64,000 bases of DNA from Lobosporangium transversale (taxonomy: Eukaryota): positions 620,001 to 684,000 of the forward strand of contig NW_019028990.1 in assembly GCF_002105155.1 (NCBI RefSeq), given 5' to 3'. Within the stretch, counting starts at the first letter, position 1. The number at the start of each line of letters is the position of its first letter. The position numbers and the translations under genes are program-made. Of the stretch, positions 24,598 to 36,547 are shown piece by piece. Below the pieces are notes generated by a model. The model saw only the letters and a list, made by a program, of their open reading frames with translations, had not been told where the DNA came from and ran no database searches.

Positions 24598-26023
24598 ATG
24601 GAAGAAAATGAAGAGTGCCGCATACCACTCAGTCCGCTTATTGCTCATGCAGGAGGTGATGATGCCATCGCACGCCAGCAAATAGAGCAACAGAATGAAC
24701 AACAACAACAACAACAGCGAGACTCTTATAATCAATCAATCTCTTTTGATGATAGTGGTGACACTACGCTCGACAATTCCAACTTAAACAGCAAAGGCAG
24801 CCGCCCTCAAGTTCACTACTGTCACTCTACTACTCAAGGCATTCTTAGACGTATTTCCTTGCCACAAAGTCGAGTACGGGCTCGCTCTTATTCTTCCCCT
24901 GAGCAACCTTCAGCTCGAACTGTTGGCATAAGCCGTGCGCGGAGCAACAGTTGCTATATCGTCAACAACACCCAACTTAAACAGACTTGCGATGAACTGG
25001 GTATTTTGTATTATGGCCCCACAGCAATTGAAGAAGAGGAAGCCGCATTAAACTATGCAGCTGAACTTGCAGCCGCTAGAGCTGCTAGAGTTGGTTCTGG
25101 CATTATTGATCGGCGCAGGTCGCTTAGATTCAGCCGTGCAGCGGCCTCTACATCAGCAGCTAGCCCGGGGTCAAATGTATCTAGGTCCAGATCCAGGTCC
25201 ATATCCATATTTAATCTTGGATTCGGGAGCTCTTCACACGATCTTGAAGCCGCTTATAACAGCGAAGATGAGGACCAAGATGAGGATGAAGAAGAATCTG
25301 TAGATGAAGAGGAGCAACAACGTCGAATCGAGGAAGAGCTGAAGAACGAAAAGGATCATTGTTTATCAGGAATTCTCTTACCTCGATCCCAATTCTTCCG
25401 GACAAGCGTCATTTGCAGTAACACCATGGCTCGCGATGGATTTGGTAGGCTAAGAGTGAATGAAAGAGCACCATTTGCAAAAGCGATTCAAGGCATGTGA
25501 GACATCATATCTCTGACTATTTCTTCTTTATTTCACTTTTTTTTTTGACATTAGCCAATGAACGAACATTCCTTTCCTGGTTGAACGCAACTTGCGCCCT
25601 TTGCTTAATTTCTTTATCATTCATCACTCGAGCGTTCAGTCTAGATAGTTTTACAGAGCAACTCCAGGGTAGAGCTGAAGTTCAGCACAAGAATCGAGTT
25701 TCTCGAGTCATTGGATATGCGTGTTTCACTGTAGCGTTCTTTGCAGCCATCTACAGTATGCTCAAATACCTGAGGTAACAAACATTTCAAGAAAAGATAA
25801 CAAAAGTATTCTCCAAATTAACGATATTAACAATCTACTTTCTCTTATTTTTAATTTTTAATTTTTTTTTTTTTGCGTCTGTAATTGTGTCCATAGAAAT
25901 ATAAGGAGGATTTCTACAAGATATCCATTTGTTCAAGCAGGCGTGTGGACTTTTACTGTTGGCATGTTCATGGGAACGTTGGTTATGGTTGCTCTCGTAC
26001 TTGCATACACCACTAATATCTAA
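24598..26023 (+). CDS. DUF202 (YidH/Vtc1-like) membrane protein with long disordered N-terminus
   Basis: Exons 24598-25444, 25555-25774 and 25897-26023. The spliced motif ARDGF-ANERTFLSWL is followed by three hydrophobic segments. Confidence 0.8.
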
Positions 26024-26205
26024 AAGTACTCAATAAGCATCAATGAACTTAATCTTAGTAGACATTACAAGCACTCCCAAATCAAATCATATAGCATTCA
26101 TTCTTCTAATATAACATATAACTATATTACTCATAAACCACGTTCCACGCTTTATTATTATTATTATTATTATTGTTGTTGTTGTTTTATTTATATAAAG
26201 TTGAT

Positions 26206-27164
26206 CTAAGCCATGAGCATACCAACGGCGGTAGCCAGGATAGCGGTGGTAGCCATCATAATGCTATTGCCTGAAGCGGAGCTAGGGGCATTCTTGCCAT
26301 CGGCGCTGAGCTTGGAAGAGTCAGATCCATTATCAACTGAGGCAGGAGCAGAGGTCTTTTTGGTTGCAGCAGTGCCAGTAGACGTGCCAGCGCCAGCGCC
26401 AGCACCTGCGACGGCAGTAGTAGTAGCAGTGGTATTAGTAGAATTACTACCAGCATTATTAGAAGAAGAGGGGCCAGGGATAGGGATACCATCAGGCAGA
26501 GCACCATTAACGCACTTGAGCGATAAAGGCATAGGACCATCTGGGCGAGGACCTGAGAAGTCGTATTGAGCACCATAGACACGCTTAACACCATAAGTTG
26601 AATGATAGACATCACAGTCTTGTTTTTCCTTACAGCAGCGCATGCCATAAACACCGAGCTCTGGCTCAATCACATTCACAAAGTGATTATAACCAACGCA
26701 GGTGGCGCCCACAGGGGCTTTGATGTCGTACTGCCCACCGGTATCGCAAGGGTTGAGCGAATATTGAGCAGGATCAATTTGGCCCTATTTTAAAAGGATT
26801 AAGAGATAGTAATGAAGACACAGGCAGTTGTTTAATAATATAGAACAGAAAGTGAGAGTGAAAAAATAAAGGGAGTCAATCGACAACATACAGTGATCTG
26901 AATCCAGTTAGGACCAGTGGCCCAGTGAGCAGAGAGAACGAAACCAGGAGGGAAGATTTTTGCACCAGGGGCACGAGGGTTAGGCTTGTTGCAGAAGGCA
27001 ATAGCCCTGTCTTCATTAGCGGCGATGTCACCCCCGACCATGGGAGGCAAGAAGAAACAGTAACTGTCAGCTGAATCAAGAGCAGCGATCTGACCCTTGA
27101 TTTGTGCCTGTGTACCCATGGCGAGGACAGCAGCCGAAGCCAAGAAGAGTGTAGTAGCACGCAT
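26206..27164 (-). CDS. Secreted Cys-rich, probably GPI-anchored cell-surface protein
   Basis: Exons 27164-26892 and 26784-26206. Signal peptide MRATTLFLASAAVLAMGTQA, a YCFFLPP Cys domain, a Ser/Thr stalk and a hydrophobic C-terminus. Confidence 0.75.
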
Positions 27165-30100
27165 GATGTTGATATGTATTATACTAGGTATAAGTGTTTT
27201 GAGGAGGTGGAAGAGATAAAGTGTGAATGTATTTAATCAAGTAAGCGGGAAATGTGAAGGAATGTAGGATGTTAACGTTCTCGCGATGAGGAAGAGTGGG
27301 GATAGTTTTTTGGCAGATGTGTGTGAAGAGGGAATGAGGTACGAAGAAAGACAAAGAGACTGTCAAGGGCAGCAAACAAGACCGGTATTTAAATGAGAAC
27401 CATTCAAGGTTTGGCCAAGTCTTTTTTTTTTTTAAAAAAAAAGGTTGACATAAGCACCATTGACAAAAAAAGCATGGTCAAAAAAAAGGGGCGACGGTTC
27501 GGTCTGTGCCTTTCTGTCTTGATTTGGGTTTGATTAAGAGCAAAGTGCTCTCCGTTCCTGATTCGTCTTTAAAATATGCTGCTGGACACTTTAATACTGT
27601 TTTTTTCTGTCTCCATACCATCTCCGTTCTGGAAATAGAATTGCGCGAATTTACCAAACAACCTTTCTGTCTCTTTTTAGCTCAAGCTAGTCATATCCAG
27701 CGCACAAATAATTTCAATGTGGGTAAACTATCCAAAAGGACAAAAAAAAAGGCTTGCTTCATTGTGTATTCTGATTTAGACTAACGATGCTCTTAATTAT
27801 GGACTTGATGGACCATCTCGACATAGTAACACACCATTTTTAGCTTTACCTTTTCCCTCATATTTTGCCGGTAACCCTGACATCGACAAAGGGTCCAGGT
27901 GGGCCTGAGACCAATGTCGGATTTGACTATCTTTGTCAATGAATATGCGATCCTTAATTGTCATATCTTTAAAAAATTAAAAACGTCCAGATACATGAGT
28001 CCATGTGAGGACATACTCCTTATTTAGCATTTTTTGTCTCATTTCTGATTTTTTTTTTTTCTTGTCAAACTCGTTAAGAGGAGATGAACACTGCCAATTC
28101 TTGATAAAAAAAATATTACTAGCCACCAATCTGCCTCTGGCGGGACAGATGCATGTTTTGTACGACAGCTTTTTATTTTATTTTATTTTTTAGTTCACTT
28201 CAACTCTACCTCTTCCCAGCCAACTACTGTTTGAAAAAAGATGGCATGTACTGGTTAACATCGTTTGGGCGTTCCTGAGAGCAAACTCCTGTAAGAAAAA
28301 CCTGTTACCGGATTGCGAAGTTATGCGCTGATTCAAAAAAAGCCATTAGTTCAAAATAGAAAATAAATACGCAACATTGGGCGAAAAAGGTTCTATGCCT
28401 TTCCGCCTTCTGTATCACATCATGTATTAATATTTTTACATCAACAGTTGCTCTATCTTTTTTCTCGCCGTATAGTCCCAAGAATACTATTTCATGTATC
28501 CATGGAACAAGGTACTTTTCAATTCTATGCGGTAAGATTTTACCAACATTGTCAGCGCTACTTTAGATTCTGAGAAATATCAACTGCTTGAGCTTAATGG
28601 TTATCGTATCAAGAAGCTGAACTGAAAGTTCACATGTTTACAGGTTATTTTAAAAGCAAATACCTCATTGCTCTTTCGCCTTTATCTCGATTGCTTCCTG
28701 TTAGTGTACCAACTCCACTATACCCTCTCCTTATCCACCTTTAATAACCTATTTCTGGTCGTAGGTGTGGCTGCTCAACTTCTCACCATGAGCTATAAGA
28801 AAGTGAGGTCAAGGCGCATCAAGGTGGTCGTAAAGTACAGTCGATCATGACCTTTCGACCTCATTCAATCCATCCTAATCAGTTCTTCAATATCATTCAG
28901 CCCATCGTCGCAGTTCAATTACATTGACCATCTATTATGCATCTTTCTTTTGTGTACCATCCTTCTATAAACGGTATGCCCATCCTTTTCCATATTACTG
29001 TTGGCTGTAGAATTTGAATCAGTCGATAGTTGGATCGACCATCTGTTGTTCCCAAAGATCTATGTAAATTTTGATCCACATATCAATTAGCTCATAGGAA
29101 TCAGAACTAATGCCAGGGCGGGATATGTATTCATGCACATCTTCCCATCAGTCCTGAAGGTGAGGCTTGGCAGTAGCGTTACTGGAGACTTGAGCTGATT
29201 GGCGAGTTGAGCAGATTATGAAGAGCTGCAGTGCCATTTGTTTGGTAGGTTAGCTCTCAGCTGGCTCCTTCGATTCACCCTTCCCTGTCTAGCTGTGAAG
29301 TGGTGATGTCGCTGCGCTTTCCTCCTTTGTCGCCATCATTCTCATATAAAAAGGTTGCCAAATATATCGTCGTATCTATTAGTAACTTCTTGTTGATAAA
29401 TAAAACCAATCGCCTCGGAATTCCTTGCTACTTTTGCCTCAAGGTATAACACTTTCATTAGATGCAGCAGTGCTCCTATTGTCCTGGTTATGGTATTTGA
29501 AGCGCTCGACTTTATTAAGGACGTTAGGCTTGAGCATGACATGCCAGTCACATGTTTGATCATTCAATTATCAATTATAGAATATCCCTCACCCATGTTT
29601 GAGGCGATCAATAAAGGGATGCTTCTCATTCATTTTTCTATTTTGTAAAATTGTTCACTCATACTCCTTCTCGAGCAGAATAATGGAAATAGAGTACCAG
29701 GGATTTTCAATTGGCACGTGCGATAGACACAGCCACCTTGGACGTCCTTTCTCCCCTGTGGTCTGTGCACATCTATCTGCCATCCAATATCCTCCTTACC
29801 TTTTACACACAGAGTAGAAATATAATCTGCGGTTACACGAAGATGAGGGTACTCGACATTTTTGTTCTTTTTTTCCTTTGTCCATCAATCTTATTTTGAG
29901 GAAAATGATTCTGTGATACAAGTACAAGCAAGGGGGCAAAACTCAAGAAGATGGTGATGTTTATATTCACTGATGCTGCAGCATGAACGTGATGATTTAT
30001 ATCCTCGGGATTCCTTCTCTTCCTCGAAAGTAACACAGCCTTTTTTTTTTTTTTTTTTTAATCTTTCCAACTTTCTCCTTCACTCTTTTCCCTCTCCCCA

Positions 30101-30250
30101 CCCCATTCACCCCCTACCCTCTCTCCCACTCTTTTCCACTCAGTACCCGTTTTTACTATCTTTGCCCGTCAACATATCTGCCCAGTTTTTACACAGATCT
30201 TGCCTATCTATTTCCTTCGCATCAGGAATAACCATCTCTATTTATCAACC

Positions 30251-32437
30251 ATGACAACTCAACCTGACAGCGAGAAGGATTCTCTTACAGAACCTTCCAA
30301 GGAAATGTCTTTGAAGTGGCTTGAAGCACGCTTTGGACCTTACTCTGCTGAAAACCCGCCTCCACATTCAATGGAGGCTTCTGTCCGGGCTGGCGACTAT
30401 CATGCTGTCGCATTCATCCTTGCTCAGCGTCGAAGATCTCGCTCCAGTGCACAGGTAGCTGATACAGTCACTGATGCCAATTCCTCATCGTCGTTAAGGC
30501 CTGACATGTCATCCAATTTAAATGACATCGCCAATAGCCAAAGTCCACTAGTCAGTATTGCAACCCCACAGAGTAACACTACGCATCAGAGCAATAGTGG
30601 TAATGGTCATAACAGAGTATACATTGACAATTCAGGGCACCCATTCTCATTCAAAGCAACTCTGGCGAATAATAAGGCAGCAACAACAACAACAACATGT
30701 GAACAGCAAGGATGTCCCACTCCCTTAGCTGTGGCCAATCAATTTAAACGACTTTTGCGTGACGAACCGCTTTTGTTGGAGCAGGAATCAACCTACCTTC
30801 ATCTAGCTTGCCAACACATCATTAATGAGGATGACCCATCTGTTCTGTGGAACGTGATTGATATCCTTCTCCATGAAGGTTTCAATCCTATGGCCCTCCG
30901 GCCAGACGGTTCAACACCGCTTCATGTTCTAGTTCAAGAGCAACCGGAAGCGATGGAAGTAATAAAGCTATTTTTACAGTATGGCACAAATATCCATCAT
31001 GTCACAAAGATGGGTCTGACAGTCCTTCACGCGCTGGCTCATTCTTATCGATCACCGAGATCATGCCTCGAGGCTATGAAACTGCTAGTATCATATGGGG
31101 CAGATATTAAAGCTATTAGCGTCAATAGATGGAGTATTTTGAATACATTTGCTCGATACAATACAGATCCTTATGACTGTATCCAATATCTTCTCGATCA
31201 TGGGGTCCCTGTTGATTCTCGGACAGATGAGCATTGTACGGCCCTGCATGCCCTGACTAGATGTAGTCCTAGGAACGGAAAAAGCTTCAGAGCAAGCAGG
31301 GATATGCTCAAGGCAATTAAGCTGATTGTAGAATATGGAGCGGATGTGAACGCAAGGACAATCAAGCAATGGACGCCTCTTCATTACGTGGCCAAGAACA
31401 ATCCAAACTCGATTGAGACAATTCAATATCTGATAGAAAAGGGCGCAAATGCGAATGCAGTTGGTGCAGACGGCTGGACAGCATTACACTGTTTGATTCG
31501 CTATAATAGTAATTCGCCTACAGAGGGAATTAAGCTATTGGTCCAGGCAGGTGCTGATGTCAATGTACTAAAGGCAGGACACACCGCAGCCATCCATACT
31601 TTGGCGAAATACTGTCAGGATCCTTCAGAGTTGTATCAATCCATGAAGGTATTGCTGAACGCTGGCGCTGATGTCAACAAAGAAGGCAACAAAGGCTGGA
31701 CAGTCTTACATTATCTGGTCTATAGTAACAAGAGCCCCGCGATTGTACTGAAACTGTTATTGGAAGCCGGTGCAGCTGTCAACAATAAGGTTGAAGATGG
31801 TTGGTCGGCATTACATCTTCTAGTCAGCTCGAAAGAAGAGTCATTAGAGGCTCTCAGGGTCTTGGTCGAGCATGGCGCAGATATAAACGCTATTGGGAAA
31901 GAGGGTTGGTCTGTATTGCACTGTGTGGCACGTTGCACTCCAAAACCCTTTGAGTCCATTCGGTTCTTGCTACAGAGTGGCGTAGATCCTAGAGTGAAGG
32001 CCGACAACGGCTGGAATGCGTTACATTTCTTAGCCAACTATTGCTTGGACCCAGCGGAGAGCATGCGTCTATTGCTTGAGGCCGAACCAACTGGAGCAGA
32101 TGTGAACGCGAAAACAGACGACGGATGGTCGGTCTTGCATATTGTAGCTCACGCAGTCAGGCACCAGACACTAGAGCTGCTCAAGATGCTTTTGAATTAT
32201 GGGGCTGATGTCACAGCTACAGGGGGTATGGGCTGGACAGTACTCCATTCATTAGCACGGTATAACTCTGAGCCAAGTGAGTGTATCCGTTTATTGGTCG
32301 CTGCTGGCGCAGATCCCACAAAAAGGACGGAAGAAAACCAGACATGCATGGAGATCTTGGAACAATTCTGCCCAAACCCTGAGCCATCGCTAGTATTCTT
32401 ACGCTCAAACGACCTACAAGGCTTGACGGACATATAG
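30251..32437 (+). CDS. Ankyrin-repeat protein (about 14 repeats), intronless
   Basis: Repeated GW(T/S)xLH...LLxxGAD(V/I)N units. Confidence 0.9.
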   Translation: MTTQPDSEKDSLTEPSKEMSLKWLEARFGPYSAENPPPHSMEASVRAGDYHAVAFILAQRRRSRSSAQVADTVTDANSSSSLRPDMSSNLNDIANSQSPLVSIATPQSNTTHQSNSGNGHNRVYIDNSGHPFSFKATLANNKAATTTTTCEQQGCPTPLAVANQFKRLLRDEPLLLEQESTYLHLACQHIINEDDPSVLWNVIDILLHEGFNPMALRPDGSTPLHVLVQEQPEAMEVIKLFLQYGTNIHHVTKMGLTVLHALAHSYRSPRSCLEAMKLLVSYGADIKAISVNRWSILNTFARYNTDPYDCIQYLLDHGVPVDSRTDEHCTALHALTRCSPRNGKSFRASRDMLKAIKLIVEYGADVNARTIKQWTPLHYVAKNNPNSIETIQYLIEKGANANAVGADGWTALHCLIRYNSNSPTEGIKLLVQAGADVNVLKAGHTAAIHTLAKYCQDPSELYQSMKVLLNAGADVNKEGNKGWTVLHYLVYSNKSPAIVLKLLLEAGAAVNNKVEDGWSALHLLVSSKEESLEALRVLVEHGADINAIGKEGWSVLHCVARCTPKPFESIRFLLQSGVDPRVKADNGWNALHFLANYCLDPAESMRLLLEAEPTGADVNAKTDDGWSVLHIVAHAVRHQTLELLKMLLNYGADVTATGGMGWTVLHSLARYNSEPSECIRLLVAAGADPTKRTEENQTCMEILEQFCPNPEPSLVFLRSNDLQGLTDI

Positions 32438-32573
32438 GCTCGTAGGCTCAGGCAAGACTTTCAATACTTATAATATTAAATAGATACATGCGATACACAT
32501 AAAAATAGTAAAGATAGTAGTAATATATTGGTTATAGGATCATTTGTTTTATGATTTGAAACCTTCTAAGCCA

Positions 32574-35166
32574 TTATGCATGTTTTTCTTTGAATATGGA
32601 CCATCGATATCTCTTGGGAAAGGATCGAAAGTTGAGATCGCGGCAAATGGCATCCATGTCAAGGATGGAGGCCTCACCATCAGGTCCAGATCCAATCCCG
32701 CTTAAACCCGGGGATGTGACAGGAGTTTTCAGTCCATTGACGCTAACATATCCGAGGGGGAAGCTATGGCCACGATCCATATCCGATAAACCGAGGGATG
32801 GGACGTAGGACATAGGCGAGGTTTTAAGAAATATGGAGGAAGGAAATGGAGGGAGATTGTGCTGTGCCATGATGGCCGATATTGAGCCAGCATTAGCCTT
32901 TTCGTATACAATGCTTTGGTCGGTACGAGGTTTCCTGATCTTCTCTTGCTCAATATTTGACACTGCAGGTAACTGTGTTCCCAAATCCGATAGCTCTGAT
33001 CTAATACAATGAATGATCGAGCTCAGCTCTTCTTCCTCCTGTGATTGCTTGAAATTGAGTTCGCAGAGGTTTGTAGTGACAAATGGCTTTATATTGATAG
33101 CAACCATATCAGATTCCATTTGGCTCTGTAATAGGTCACCGTTGAGCGCATCCTGCGGTAAAAAGCCAGGAATCCCTAAACCGAGGATTTCGCCTTCAAT
33201 ACTATCGCCCCTGCGCATTTCCCGACATTTATCCCATCCCAGAATGCGTCTCAAAATGGCTTCGAGTCGCTGGACTTTTGCATGCATCACATCGTCGAAT
33301 TTTTCTGGAGCAATGGTACTCTGTACATGTACTGCTGTGACATTCTTAACACCATTTTGTGCTCCTTCCCATCCAATCGTATCCTTCGCTCCATGGTCCA
33401 ACGTGTATTCATTTGAGGCCACCTCATCCGCTTTACCTCGGCCAATATGCTCATATTGCTGTGTTTTTTGTTGCTGCTCTTGCTTTGATGATGCCTCCGC
33501 TGGCAGTGCGGATTGTGAAGTTTGACTATTGAATATATCTACTTCCGCTGCGTTACAACTTTGCTGCTGTCCCCCATCAGCCATATTACATGTCTGCTCG
33601 AACAGTCGAACCTGCAAATCCCTCTTCTCTTGTGCAAGGTTCTCCACAGTCTTGACACAATTCTCTAAAAACGTATCTGCCATAAACTTTCGCCAAACAA
33701 ATATTTGCTGGCTATAATTGTTGTCAAGACTCAATGCTCCCATCTTTTTGTCCTCGTCCTGGTCCATGGATTCATGGCCTTTAATGTTGCTATTATTGAT
33801 GGGTATGATTGCTTTTGGATCCTGTGCGGGAACGACACCGGTTTCTAGCTCTATCTCCTGAAACTCCTGCTGCTTGAGTAAACTCTTTGCCAGTTGATCA
33901 ATTATATACTCCATATTTCTAACGCACTGGTCCCACTCCGCCAGGATACTAGGCTCCTCTAAGTGTAGAATGCTTTGACGCACAGGATCAAGGTGCCCTT
34001 TTAGCATAACCCTGGTCTGTTGAATAGTTTCAAACCAACGCTCAAGCATCAGAAGGCTAGCCTCAATTAAAAGCGCCATCTCTTGTTCAATTTTGGCACG
34101 TGCGGTCTGAGCTCGACTAACTTGACAAGTAAGCACCTGGAGCTCTACGATTTGGGATTGCACTGTGTCATGGAGGGTCTTGATCTGTGAATCGCGGGCA
34201 GCAAGGGCGGCTTGGAGGTCGTGAGATTGTGAGCGAAGGAGATCAATTTTAGACCGAGAGACTGCTAAAGCATTAAATTGTTTCTTCTGAAGATTTTCGA
34301 ACAAAGACATATAGCTCTTGACCTATATAATTTTCGATAATGAAAACGATTAATAAAACTGGATACGAGAGAGCACTTAAAATATGGGGGGAACACAGAT
34401 CTTCTTTTAATACTCTTACCGAATCTTTCTCCGCTTTGCAACGATACCTCAAATCAATCAGCTCTCTTTCCATTGTGATGTTCTCTTCCCGCAGTTTTTC
34501 GTAGAATACTTTCTGGCATTCAAGTTGTTCTGAAGTAGGCGTGGCGGCATCCCACAGTGTCGTCGTATTTTCTGCATGAATGTTCGTTTCAATCTCTCCT
34601 TGTTGTATCGTGCAGCCTCCCTTCTTTTGTTCCCCATCCTTCTTTTCCAGTGAATTTAATTTGTGAATGTTTTTCATAGGGGAGAGTGCACTGGCATTGT
34701 TTTCATTGGTACCATTACTCATGCTCTTTTGATGACTGTCCCCGCCGTTGTAATGACTATTACTACTCATATCGTCCTTCCAGAACGGAATAAATGACAT
34801 GGCCGACCAAGCTGTCGTTGGAGAGTTACCAGGACTATCACCCTTACCGGAGTCTGTAAAAGAGGCTGTAGCAGCTGTGGTGTTTTTGGATCGTGGTGCT
34901 TTGGATTTAATTTGTAGGTTTTCTCGGCGTAGGGCATCATATTCCTGTTCCAGAGCTTTCCTGGACCCAATCTCTACATCAAGCCTTGTCTGAAGCTCTG
35001 CCAGTTGTTGAGCTAGAGTATGTCTTTCAGGAAGATGGTCAACATGGCTTTTACTATAAAAGTCATGTAAATGTGAAAGGTTTAATATGTGTTTGATGTA
35101 AGGTTAGATGTGGTTCTCCCCTTATTTTTTAGGCTTGGTGATGTAGGTTTATGGATCATTTCAGGG

Positions 35167-35211
<45 letters not shown>

Positions 35212-35638
35212 GTACTTACAGGGTTATATTCATCTGTGTTCTGAGTCGATCGACATCCACCTTTGCACATTTGGTCTGGTATTGGGCCACTGATAGGTCC
35301 TGATAAGATTTTTGTAAATTCTGTTGTGAGAGTTTGAATTTAGTCTGAAGCAACATATGGTCGGATTGAAGGGCTTGTAGATCACGGTAGAACGGATCCA
35401 TGATTGGAACAGATAGGATAGATACTGAAGTTTGTTGATCAAAGTTAATATTACTGCTTTTTGGGTCATTGGAAAAGTAACGCTTTTGGGGCCGTCTGAT
35501 ATGAGCGTCAGTAACTGACGCAGTACTATCATGACAGCAACAGCAGCCATCAAAATTCATATCACAGGTGATGGTGGCGGTGCTTCTGTTGCTGCTGCTG
35601 CTAACGCGGGGGGAAGCCTGGTGAACGCTTGTAGTCAT
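32574..35638 (-). CDS. Coiled-coil protein of unknown function, multi-exon
   Basis: ORFs 35216-35638, about 34400-35050 and 32574-34310 are joined by plausible GT-AG introns and have heptad-rich segments. Confidence 0.6.
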
Positions 35639-36050
35639 TGAATATTATAGAAAAAAGCAAGCGAGAAACAATTTGGAGGAATAGAAGAAGCAAGTAAATA
35701 AAAAGAAAAGAAAAAAAAAAGGATAAATTGCGAGGATTAAAAACAATAGGACTCTTCCATAAGTAGATGCAAGTAAACACTGGCTCAAAAACGACCAAGC
35801 AGGAAGGGAAAAAGGCGATAGAAGGAGAAGAGAGGAGGGAGAGAGTATGCAGGAGAGAATAAGTTTTTTTTTTTTTTTTTTTTTTTTGCATTGAAGGGGG
35901 TGAGCGATCATCGACAAAGTAACACAGGATTATTGACAAAGAGAGTCCAAGAGCAAGAGGGGTTGGAATGGGTGCGTGGCTAACAGGCAAAGGGTAGAAT
36001 GGTATGCTATAATAAGTAATTGCATGGTAAGAGCTAGAAGAAGCGCCATT

Positions 36051-36084
<34 letters not shown>

Positions 36085-36547
36085 TGAAGGTGCAGAGAAG
36101 GAGACAGAAAGGACGGTGTATGGCTGATAAATGGGGTGCAATTGACGAAAGGACTGACATTAGTAAAGATACTGGTCACAAAGAAGGTATGGAATTCTAA
36201 CGCGTCAATACAGACGCGACATGCCAGGTCGTGTGCGCCAGACATTTTCTTGATTGACGACAAATTAGCCCATACACATGTCACACCTCACAAGAGAAGA
36301 GGATGCAGAAACACACGTGCAGAAATATAGAAGTACAAACAGATACAGAAATACAGAAATACAGAAATAGATGACCTTGGGCCCTATTGCAATGCCAGCC
36401 AAAAAGTACTTCCATTCAACAAACCCTCTCTCTTTCTCTTTTACTCCTATTTCTACTTCACTCCACTCCTATTCTCTCCGAATTTATTCTCTAGCTCACA
36501 TAATAATATATTCATACGTCAATCAATAAAGCAAGTCAAAAGAAAAA

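Noticed and set aside
28200..29560. Possible decayed coding sequence on the minus strand
   Set aside because: Many stops in the frame examined and no recognisable motif; cannot be assigned by eye.
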